A DNA stretch of 64,000 nt from Hydrolagus affinis (lineage: Eukaryota), in the NCBI GenBank assembly GCA_012026655.1, contig JAAILG010000529.1, forward strand, positions 1 to 64,000, read 5' to 3'. The notes under the pieces were generated by a model. It was given only the letters and a program-made list of their open reading frames with translations. It had not been told where the DNA came from and searched no databases. Shown piece after piece: positions 1 to 9,218 of the stretch (the first letter of the stretch is position 1; every line of letters begins with the position of its first letter). A program made the position numbers and the translations under genes.

Positions 1-820
1 GTGACCTTGAGGAACTTTAGTCCCTCTCCTCTGCCATTCACTCCCCCCACCCCCACCTCCCACCCACACACACACAAACACACGTACAAATCAGAGCCCG
101 CATTTTATATCTTTTGCTTTCAATTAATTCTCCAATTTTCCTTTCATAAAACCTCTCACCCATTCTGCCGTCAACCAATTGAAGTTTTGCGTTGAACATT
201 CATATCCTCGATGTGTGTTTATGACAGAAAAAAAAGATTCTAAACTGCGTTTTATTTGGGGGGGTGGATGTAATTATCTTAAACCAAAGCTCCGTTCTCT
301 CTCAACTCCCCCCCTCTCTCCCCACCCGCACCAGTTTCTGACTCACTGGCCAGTAGAAAGAGCTACCCCCCATCTAATTTATCCTACACACTGAACCCCC
401 TGAGAATTTCAAACACTTAACAGATACAAAACAATGTACTTAACGTTTATAATGGCACATTTCACGTTGGGAATGTGCCTCAAAGCTCTCGGGTCACATT
501 TCCTCTCAACCTTCTCTAGTTCTGCTTGTAAACCAGGCGTGAGTTTCCTGGGTACCGTTCCCAGGTTGAGGAATGCAAGTGAGCTGAACTTGTCCTGTTT
601 GGATTGTCGGATTTTCTTGCCTGTGTCGCCGAGATAAAAGAGCCAGTGTGTCCACTGACTTTGGAAACAAGACTTTTATTTATTGGTTCGTTTCCAGGGG
701 ACCTGAAAGTCGTTAGGATTCTCAAGTCTTATGCCCGATCGTCTCTCTCCAATTCTTTCCCCGCTCTAACCCCACATAACCTGACACTTTTTTTTCCTCC
801 TTTTTGAAGTACGTAACTAT

Positions 821-897
821 TCACTCTTTTTAGCTCACGGCTGATCTGTACCTCAACTTCAACTAATTACCCACAATTGCCCCATAATCCCTTAATA
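821..897 (-). mobile_element. CR1 LINE 3'-end fragment
   Basis: Minus strand reads tattaagggattatggggcaattgtgggtaattagttgaagttgaggtacagatcagcc, typical of CR1 3' ends and nearly the same as 2721-2780. Confidence 0.7.
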
Positions 898-899
898 TA

Positions 900-1118
900 T
901 AATAATAATGATTATCCTCGCATTTGATGTAGCGCTTTTCACGTCTTCTAGACCGTGTCTCAAAGCGTTTCACAGAAAATATACTGTAAAGTGAATTTAT
1001 TGTAAAGTGTATTTATGGGGCGGCGAAACGTGGCAGCCAATTGCGCACAGCAGCGTCCCCCACAAACAGCCGTGGATTTATTACAGGGTTTTTTGGGGAG
1101 GGATTATTATTACGCGTG
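900..1118 (-). mobile_element. tRNA-Deu SINE, 5'-truncated copy
   Basis: (AAT)n tail, L2-type tail catttgatgtagcgcttttcacgtc and Deu-like core ggcagccaattgcgcacagcagcgtcccccacaaacagc. Confidence 0.9.
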
Positions 1119-1177
1119 TTGTTGTCGTTGGCTGGTTCTTTTGGCAATCATCTTCAATCAGTGTCCGCTGGTTACCG

Positions 1178-1296
1178 TCCCACCTGGCAGAGGAAATAAG
1201 TTTCTTTCCCTCTCATCTCCTCTATCAAAAACCCTTCGCAGTTTTGAACACCTCTAGTAAATCTCCCCTCAACCGTCTCTGCAACAATGCAACAAA
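1178..1296 (-). mobile_element. CR1 LINE fragment
   Basis: gaggaaataagtttc...ttttgaacacctctagtaaatctcccctcaaccgtctctgc resembles the antisense CR1 ORF2 3' region. Confidence 0.65.
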
Positions 1297-1914
1297 ATTT
1301 ACATTTTTAACACAGCGAGGAGGGCTCGCAGAGAGTTTAAAGATGTGTTATCTGCGTATGTCCAGGAAGGAATTTTAAGGCTTTTTTTCCCCCCCAAAAA
1401 AAATAATTCTCCGTGATTCCCAACTGTCAACAACACAATCATCAGTAGGCTAAGAGAATATTGGCCCCAACTAATGTGTTTTGTTGAGATCCTACGATTC
1501 TTTTGGTGGCTAGGAATGGATCAGGACTGAGGAAAATCTGAGGTTTGCACATAATGCAATGGATTTTCTGTCAAATTTTGAATCTCAGTGGTCCCGTTTC
1601 CCCCCCCACCAACCCCCACCTCTCTCTCTCTCTCTCTCTTTATCCCAACCCACAATCCTTTTGTAATCCTGCTCCACAGCCGCTGTGAAGCTGGGAAGTT
1701 CAGCCAACGGAATTTTGGCAAACTGGCTAAATGTTTTTCTTAAACAAAGAAGGATTCTCTTTTTCCCTCTGATAGTGCAGCAGCTCACAATGAATATTCA
1801 TTCTCAACCCTTCTTAACCCGCCCCCCCCCCCTCCACTCCTCTCCCCCCACTCCCTCCCCCCTCCCCCCCCTCGCGCCATCCGCTCAACATGAAAAAAAA
1901 TTCCCTGCACTGCA

Positions 1915-2256
1915 ATAATAATCCTCACAATTTGATATAACGCCTTATCACAACGTTGAGGAATTCTCAAATTGATTCACAGAATATACTGTAGTGTGAA
2001 GTGGGTTGACGATGTATTTTGTGGGCTTAAACGCTGCAGGCGATTGCACAAAGCAATGTCCCACGAACAGTCGTGGATTGAGTAGCCAATTATTATTATA
2101 TTTTTTGAAAAGAGGAATTATTACCTCCGCGAAAGAAATCCGCCAATCAACTAGCAACCGGGTTCCTACTTACTGCCAGGGAAACCAAGGTGTGTGGAGT
2201 AAGGAAACTCGTCTAAGGTTTCCCGCCCGGGAATCGAACCCAAGTTCTCTCGCTTG
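1915..2256 (-). mobile_element. tRNA-Deu SINE, long-form variant, partial head
   Basis: Tail, Deu core, an extra ~65 bp segment (2124-2188) and the B-box ggaatcgaacc. Confidence 0.88.
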
Positions 2257-2420
2257 GGGAATAGAGAAGATATTCTTTTTTTTGGTGTCCTGCCCGACAA
2301 CCTGCCCCAATAAACATAAATCAAAACCTCACTGTGTGCGTTAACAGCTCCCGCAGCTGCTTATTTACACAGACAGTCACTACACTTGACTGTAATTACT
2401 AAGCATTAAGAGTATTAATG

Positions 2421-2719
2421 TGTGGAGCTCCTGTAGCTCAGTGGTTAGATAGAGCACTCGCCTTACAAGCGAGAGAGACCCGGGTTCAATTCCAGGCAAG
2501 TCAGGGCGAAACCTTAGCCAAGTTTCCTTACTCCACTCGCACACGCCTGATAATAATCCCTCAAAAAAAAATTGGTCACTTCAATCCATGACTGTTTGTG
2601 GGGGACGCTGCTGTACGCAATTGGCTGTCACGTTTCGCCCACAAATATACAGTCAATTCACTTTACAGTACATTCTGTGAAGCGCTTTGAGACACCATCT
2701 AGAAGACATGAAAAGTGCT
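2421..2719 (+). mobile_element. tRNA-Deu SINE, near full length
   Basis: A-box tagctcagtgg (2434-2444), B-box ggttcaattcc (2483-2493), Deu core and tail tgtgaagcgctttgagac...gaaaagtgct. Confidence 0.93.
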
Positions 2720-2720
2720 T

Positions 2721-2831
2721 GTATTAGGGGGTTATGGGGCAATTGTGGGTAATTAGTTGGACTTGAGGTACAGCCATGATCTAAAGAGTGGAGGAACAGG
2801 CTGGTGGGGCTGAATGGGCCGACTCCTGTTT
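2721..2831 (+). mobile_element. CR1 LINE 3'-end fragment
   Basis: ggttatggggc...tgaggtacagccatgatct...ggggctgaatgggccgactcctgtttcc, a CR1 3' terminal signature. Confidence 0.75.
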
Positions 2832-3527
2832 CCTTTGTTTCACTTTATTGCGAAGTGGGTTGAGGCGCTGCGAAAACGTCGCATTTTCTTTCGTCTCCCT
2901 TCCTGCCCTAAAACCAAAAATACCTGCGCGCGAGAGAGAGAGAGAGAGAGAGCCAGTGCAACCTACAATTTGTGATTTTGCGACTCCCCAGTTTTGCCCG
3001 GTTTAAGCAGCTGAGTGAGGGACTTGTATATGTGTGGGAGAGCTAAGTACAGAACCGGCTGCCACGCACACTGCAGAACACTTTTGCTGGTGACCAAACG
3101 ACCTCGCCTGAAAAGCTTAATAATAAAGAAACCAATTACTTCCCTGTCAGAATAAGCAGTCGCCGGGGATTTGTTGCTATGTGTATGTACATAGAAAGAA
3201 TCATAATAATTATTGTAGCTCCAGTCAGTCGCTAAAAGTCTGGTTTCCACAAGTCTGCTGAAAAAAATGTTAATGTGGGGAGGGAAGTCTGTCTAACTCT
3301 GTTCTCTCTCTCTCTCTCTCTCTCTTGCGACAAGGTTAGCAGCACGTTTGGAAACACTCATCGTTGAATGAAACAGTGGGGTCTCTGATTAGCTTTAGCG
3401 TTCCGCCCCCAAAAATATACCGTCCACTTACGCGCAGTATATTTTGTGTAGCGTAAATGCAAGGATTATTTTTTTTATTATCAAAGGAGAATAAACGTCC
3501 CCCAATTAAGGTCCAATTTGCGGTGTT

Positions 3528-3645
3528 TGTAATTTGTAAATAGATACAGTCAATTCGCTTGACAGTATATTCTGTGAAGCGCTTTGAGACACAGTTTAAA
3601 AGAATGCAAAGCGCTGTATCAAATGCAAGGATTACTATTATTATT
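3528..3645 (+). mobile_element. SINE 3' fragment just upstream of the FAAP20 acceptor
   Basis: tacagtcaattcgcttgacagtatattctgtgaagcgctttgagac...atcaaatgcaaggattactattattatt. Confidence 0.88.
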
Positions 3646-3693
3646 TAAACAATGAGATATTAAGATTGTTTCCTTCCCCCCACCATATAACAG

Positions 3694-4457
3694 GCCCCCG
3701 CAATGAAAGATCCCGTTGGGATTGAGACCTTCCCCGCAGGCTCGAGACTATTCACGTGGCTGCCGTTCCCACCCTCCTGTGAGGCAACAGCCGTGAGACC
3801 GGGCCTCAAACTGCCGCGGCAAACGGCAGGTGGGGGCCAAGAAACTGGGGCCAGGCGGGGGCCACCCTCACGCAGCCGGAGCCAGACACCGGGACTGGAG
3901 CGGGAGGGGGAGGGGGAGGAGGACGTTTCCACTCAGGCAGCAGGCGGGACAGGCGACGCACAGGGAAGTCACAGCAGATGGGCAAAGTGCTACGCGGGGA
4001 ATGTGAGATCTGAAGATATCTTTGGAGCCGAGCCAAGGCCACATGCAGCAGAAACGCACCAGCAACATTCCCCAGCGGAGGACAGGCACCAGCGAGGAAG
4101 ACATATGTCACCCCATGTTATCGACGGTCCCTACACACCCCCAGCCCCCACCCTCACCACCCTCCGGAGAGACACAGGGAGGCCAGGCTCAGACGCTGAG
4201 GTACAGAGTGACCTGACAGCAGGGCGCAAGGAGGCAAAGAGGCAGCGGGAGTCACTGTGCGCGGCGGAGGATGGCGACGATGACAGCGATATCATTATAC
4301 TAGAAAGCCAGGACTCTCCGCTCACAGCCAGTGGGCAGCAAGGCACCCAGCGGACTGCAGCTGGTGATTTAGTCACTGCAGTGAGGAGCGACGGGCCAGG
4401 GGGCAGCCCTCAGGCCCTCGGAAGCTGCCCGATGTGTCTAATACAATTTCCTGCTGG
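3694..4457 (+). CDS. FAAP20: FAAP20 (Fanconi anemia core complex-associated protein 20), penultimate coding exon, 764 bp
   Basis: Acceptor ...ccatataacag|GCC at 3693/3694 and donor GCTGG|gtaggt at 4457/4458. The open frame contains ETFPAGSRLFTWLPFPP (human EVFTVGPKTFSWTPFPP) and ALGSCPMCLIQFPAG (human ALRSCPMCQKEFAPR, first half of the UBZ). It lies convergent with PRKCZ, as in mammals. Confidence 0.92.
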
Positions 4458-4535
4458 GTAGGTTTGTTGGTGAGGTAACCGCTGGTATTTATTCGACTGT
4501 AGTTAGAACAGCATCCAGGTGACAAAGAGAGACCT

Positions 4536-4558
4536 GCACACACACACACACACACACA
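4536..4558. repeat. (CA)n microsatellite; others at about 1619 (TC)n, 2932 (GA)n, 3303 (TC)n and 10898 (TA)n
   Basis: Direct reading of dinucleotide runs. Confidence 0.95.
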
Positions 4559-4741
4559 GTAACACAGATATCCGTGTGTCTTATACAGACATTACTGTCT
4601 CTCCTAATTAGTGTGGATCTCAATGTTGTGTGCCCGTTCTTTCCAATTTCTTTTACACCGGTCATTATCTCGCCCCCTACCCACCCATCCAACCCACACA
4701 AAAAACAAAATGGGAGTTCCCTAGGCTGCAAATCCTCCAAA

Positions 4742-4880
4742 TAAATTGGCCCTTCACCTCATGGCTGTTTTATGGGAGTTTTGCTAAGCGCAAATTGGCT
4801 GCCGATTTTGTCACTACACTTGACAGTAATTACTGTAAAGCGATTTGAGATGTTTTGTAAGGCACTGTAAAACATGTGTA
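4742..4880 (+). mobile_element. Older Deu-SINE 3' fragment
   Basis: ggctgttttatgggagttttgctaagcgcaaattggctgccg...tgtaaagcgatttgagatg. Confidence 0.65.
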
Positions 4881-5087
4881 TTATTTCCCCCTGCGGTGTG
4901 GGAAAAGTGGGGAAATGGGAGAGTTATTTTTCGAATGATCTGTTGAATCTACAACCTCAGGATTTAAGCTTTTAAAAAATTGGAGCCCATTCCCAGCGAG
5001 ACAACGGGAATTGCATTTAATCTTACCCCCTGTCTCCCTACATCACCGGGAGCTCGGGAGGGGGTTGGGGGGGGAAGGGAGCCTGGG

Positions 5088-5448
5088 ATAATAATCCTTG
5101 CATTTCATATAGCCTTATCACGTCGTTCTTGAATATACTGTAAAGTGAATTCACTGTATATTTTGAGGGGGCAAAACAGGGCAGCCAATTGCGCACAACC
5201 GTGTCCCACAAAACAGTCATAGATTGAGTGACCAATTTATTATTTTTTTAAAGGAATTCCTACCCCTGGAAAAGCCTGACTCCCGCCAATTGACTAACAG
5301 CAGGGTTCCTACGTACTGCTAGGTAAACAAGTGTGGGGAGTGAGGAAACTTGCCCAATGTTAGGTTTTGCCCTGCCTGTCGAGAATCAAACCCAGATCTC
5401 TCGCTGGCTCGCAAAGCGAGTACTCTACCCCACTGAGCTACAGGACTC
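5088..5448 (-). mobile_element. tRNA-Deu SINE, full-length long-form variant
   Basis: Runs from the tail through to the head ccactgagctacaggactc, with an extra segment at 5261-5330. Confidence 0.92.
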
Positions 5449-6213
5449 TGGGCTCCTGCAGATCAGGGTTTAATGCTCTGCTGATACCTCAGATGTTGAT
5501 GCTAAAAAAAAGTCATAAGAATTATCAAAATAAAAAGGAAATATGTTTTCAAGGTTGCCAATTTCTGGCCACCAACACATTTTGAGGTTGAAAAATAGCC
5601 TTCCAGCTGAAGACACAATAATGTGGGGGCATTGATAGGCTAAACAGAAGGATATTTATCTAGGTTTAGACATTCTTGGGTATTCCAAGTGTGCACATGA
5701 CTGAACATAAAGTGAAGATGGACAGACAGACACCCACGCAAGGATACCGAGAGACAGATAGAGAGAGACGCACAGGCAGTGAGAATCAGAGACGTGGGGA
5801 GCTGTAGAGAGTGCACAAGATAGGAGGGCCTTTTGGCAATCTCCAGCAAGGCAAAAAACCGACAGAAATCTTTTTTCTATTTCAATAGCAGAACGGGAAG
5901 TGGGGGAGGATCAGGAACTGAATTCCCATCTGTTCTGTGGGCGAAGCCTGGGTTCTCGGTTACTTGGGCCTTTCTTGGTCAAAGCTTCACATCTAAAGCA
6001 GGTGATAACTCACAGGTGTAGTGACTGTTCTTTGGAGGTGAACGCGGCAACCAGTTTGTACATAGCCAGGTCCTACGAACAGACACAAAGTGAATATAAT
6101 ATGCAGTACTACTAATAATATAATACCAATACCAATTTATCTGTGGAATTTTTGGCCAGGACACTGGGAGAAACTACCTTCACTCTTCCAACAGAGTCCA
6201 GGAGATTGACATC

Positions 6214-6554
6214 TGTGGAGCTCCTGTAGCTCAGTGGTTAATTAGAGCACTCGCCTTACAAGTGTGAGAGATCTGTGTTCAAATCCAGGCAGGTCAGGGC
6301 AAAACCTTGGGCACGTTTCCCTACTCCACACACACAACTAATAATAATCCGTCCAAAATAAAACAATAATAAAATTGGTCATTTTCAATTCACGGCTGCT
6401 TGTGGGGAACGCTGCTGTGCACAATTGGCTGTCGCGTTTCGTCCACAAATATATAAACAGTCATTTCACTTCGCAGTATGTTCTGTGAAGCGCTTTGAGA
6501 CATAGTCTAGAACTCTAGAAGATGGGACAAGGCACCATATCAAATGCAAGGATT
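6214..6554 (+). mobile_element. tRNA-Deu SINE, full length
   Basis: tgtggagctcctgtagctcagtggtt head, gttcaaatcc B-box, Deu core and atcaaatgcaaggatt tail. Confidence 0.93.
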
Positions 6555-7424
6555 TACATTTGTTATAACGCCTTATCGTCGCGGAAGAAGCTAAACCAGC
6601 AATTTTCCGCTTGTAACATCCCGGGGAAAATGTGTATTCCCGCTATTCCTGCCGTCCTGATCCCTGTACAATCCCGCTTCTGTTCCAAGTCGAGTCAGAG
6701 GGATTTGATCACAGGGGCAGTCTGTTTGGCGTGTAACCACTGGCTGCCAATGAACCACAGTAAACAGTGCTGCATTTTTTTGCAAACGCAATGTGTACGG
6801 AGAGATGGATGGACTGCGCACTGGGACCAAGACACTGATTGCTCTCGAGGAGAGGAATACACAGATTAAGTGAGAGAGTTAACCAATGGGTCAGTTGGTT
6901 TGTCCAGTGAGCGAGAACCCGCCCCTCCTCCCCCCACTGCCGCCTCCCAGCCTTCAATCCCAGGTTTGTGTTGAGTTGACTGAGCCAGGCTTTTGGGGCT
7001 AGAATTGACTTCAGTCAACGTCAAGAGGACGGAGTCAAAGATGTGTCTTTGACTCAACTACCTCTGCAGTCCTCGCTGCACAAAGCACAGCTCCCTATTC
7101 GAGGCTGTTGCCTTGAACTTTCTGCATCCTTTACCCCGGCCGCACATTCTTTCCTTGCTGTGTTTTGTCTTGTCCCTCCCATCCTAGCCCTGGTCTTGTC
7201 CCCTGGAAGAATTCAAAAAATTCCAATTCACATTCTCTTATCTTTTACGCAATATACATTTATCTGCAAGTAGAAATCTTTTCAGAATGGTGTAAAGTTT
7301 TGACGAGAGTGAAGAAGCTTTGAACAATGTTAAAAACCTTTCAAGGCTAAGCTCAGTTCAGTTTTGGTTCCCTTTCTCCCCCTGGAACACAGACCGACAG
7401 GACCTCTACACCTTGTAGAGTTAC

Positions 7425-7607
7425 TGTCATTTCAATCCACGACTGTTTGTTGGGGACGCTGCTGTGCGGCGCAATTGGCTGCCGCTTCAATTCACTTTAC
7501 AGTATATTCTGTGATGCGCTTTGAGACAGTCTAGAAGATTGATAATAATAATCCTTACATTTGATGTAGTGCTTAGGTGTTATATCAAATGTAAGGATTA
7601 TTATTAT
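7425..7607 (+). mobile_element. SINE 3' half with an inverted duplication of its tail
   Basis: Deu core and tail; 7542-7565 is the exact reverse complement of 7584-7607. Confidence 0.88.
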
Positions 7608-8618
7608 GAAAGAGAAAACTGTTTCTCTCGTATCCAGGCCCACAAATCTACAGTAGTTAATCCGGTCCTTCTCCTCGTGGCTATTCATGGCACATTGCTG
7701 TGTGCTGCATGACTGTCGGATGTGTCTGTTAAATTAGAAACCAGTCACTACACCTAACAGTTAATTACCGTGACGAGGTTATCAGTAGTTACAGGCGCTG
7801 TATCTAAGGCAACTTCTGCACATGTTTCTGTCCCACTGCATGCGATCCAACAAACCAAGGGCCAACATGTCAAGGCCGTATCACACTGTGGTGTGACCTA
7901 GTTGGCTGCCAGGGGCCGAACCTTTACTCTCCAAGACTAAAGGGGGTTGAGGTCTGGGGTTGGTGAAGCGAGTGAACACGGTCTGGTAGATTGCGGCTCC
8001 TCTAGGAGACAGAACACCTCCTGCTTTGGTTCTAGACCAGCTGAAATCCTGCCGCATATGTCTTTTTCAGAGTTTGGCTGCAAGGGCTCCCCTGATGGCT
8101 CGCTCAGTGGGCACATCCTGTGGGTAGCCGAGGCTGCCAAACGCACAGGAATCATCGGGTCTAATTTGCAGGACTCTTTTGCTTCGTAATGGGATTCCTG
8201 GTCGAGGAAAAATAGGGTCCTTTTCTGGTGACTGGAAACGCGTCATTCCGACTTGGTGTCGTTTCTTTGCAATATTTTTGATACAGGAAAGTGCTTTTCA
8301 TATTGGGAGGTCATCTCAACGCCGCTTCACAATAGTGACTGTATTACACTACCCCATGGTTACCCCCTTTATGACTAGCGAGAGATATTTTGTGTATTAT
8401 ACATTTGTAGTAAACAACACCACAAGAGAGAGAGGGGGAGAGAGGGAGAGAGAGAGGTCCTACAGATCACACACAGAAAATTGGGGAGATTGATTCTCCT
8501 GTAAGTCACACAAGTGTACGGCTTAGCGAGAAGCTCTCCGTATCAGAAACGGAAAAGAGCGCATGATTCATGAACTTGTAGGTAAAATGCCTTTTTTTTA
8601 CCTGATTTTCTTTTGCAG

Positions 8619-8691
8619 TTGCTCCCAGTTGGAGGTTGACGGACACCTCGCCAAATGTCTCTCCGAGAGCACCGAGGATATGATGTGGTGA
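8619..8691 (+). CDS. FAAP20: FAAP20 terminal coding exon (second half of the UBZ zinc finger and stop)
   Basis: Acceptor cctgattttcttttgcag|T; a phase-2 join completes Gly. It translates CSQLEVDGHLAKCLSESTEDMMW* (human LTQLDVDSHLAQCLAESTEDVTW*), including the terminal Trp. TGA is at 8689-8691. Confidence 0.96.
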
Positions 8692-9212
8692 CGCGTGTCA
8701 GGAACGAAAACTTACCGCTACACAGATTGGGCAGGTAGTCGGTATTCTAATACTGTACACGCTATTTACCAGGGATTGCAAAACGCACCGTCGTGAATTG
8801 TAATGTGATCAAGCCTTTCCCCCCACCTCCCCACCATCTTCTTCCACAGTTGCAATTTATTTATCCTTTACCGAGGCAAAATGGCTTTAAAAAGGATTTG
8901 TGCCTCAGTCAAAAGAACTCATGCAAGCAAACCTGATCTCTGTTTTTGGCAAATCCGTGTCCTAAAACTGCGTTGCCTACCCGGTGTGATTGTTGACACA
9001 CGGCTGGCTGTCGGAAGAGATGTCTGCAATGTCCCCGCTCCTTTTGCGCTGGGCGGACGGACACTGAGAAAGCACATCAGACTGAATATGATGGAATTCG
9101 AATTAACTTTGTTCATACATTTTCAGTAGATTCTTTAATTCAGATGGGCTCGGATGAAGTTTGGATCTGACCAGCGATTATAGATTTTAAGTTCCGTCAT
9201 TATTTCCTCCGC

Positions 9213-9218
9213 AATAAA
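9213..9218 (+). terminator. Probable FAAP20 polyadenylation signal AATAAA
   Basis: First canonical AATAAA I found after the FAAP20 stop, about 520 nt downstream. Confidence 0.6.

Noticed and set aside
2424-2497. tRNA-like sequence with A/B boxes and a clean anticodon arm CTCGC-CTTACAA-GCGAG (TAC)
   Set aside because: It is the head of a SINE: it continues into the Deu core and tail, lacks a proper acceptor stem, and the anticodon differs between copies. It is not a tRNA gene.
2990-3055. Possible upstream FAAP20 exon (FARFKQLSEGLVYVWES)
   Set aside because: It has an in-frame stop, no suitable donor and no convincing match to the FAAP20 N-terminus. The earlier exons are probably upstream of the window.
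3703-4461. 252-aa ORF as a stand-alone single-exon gene
   Set aside because: It is an internal FAAP20 exon. The ATG lies inside the exon, and the TAG is in the intron just after the donor at 4457.
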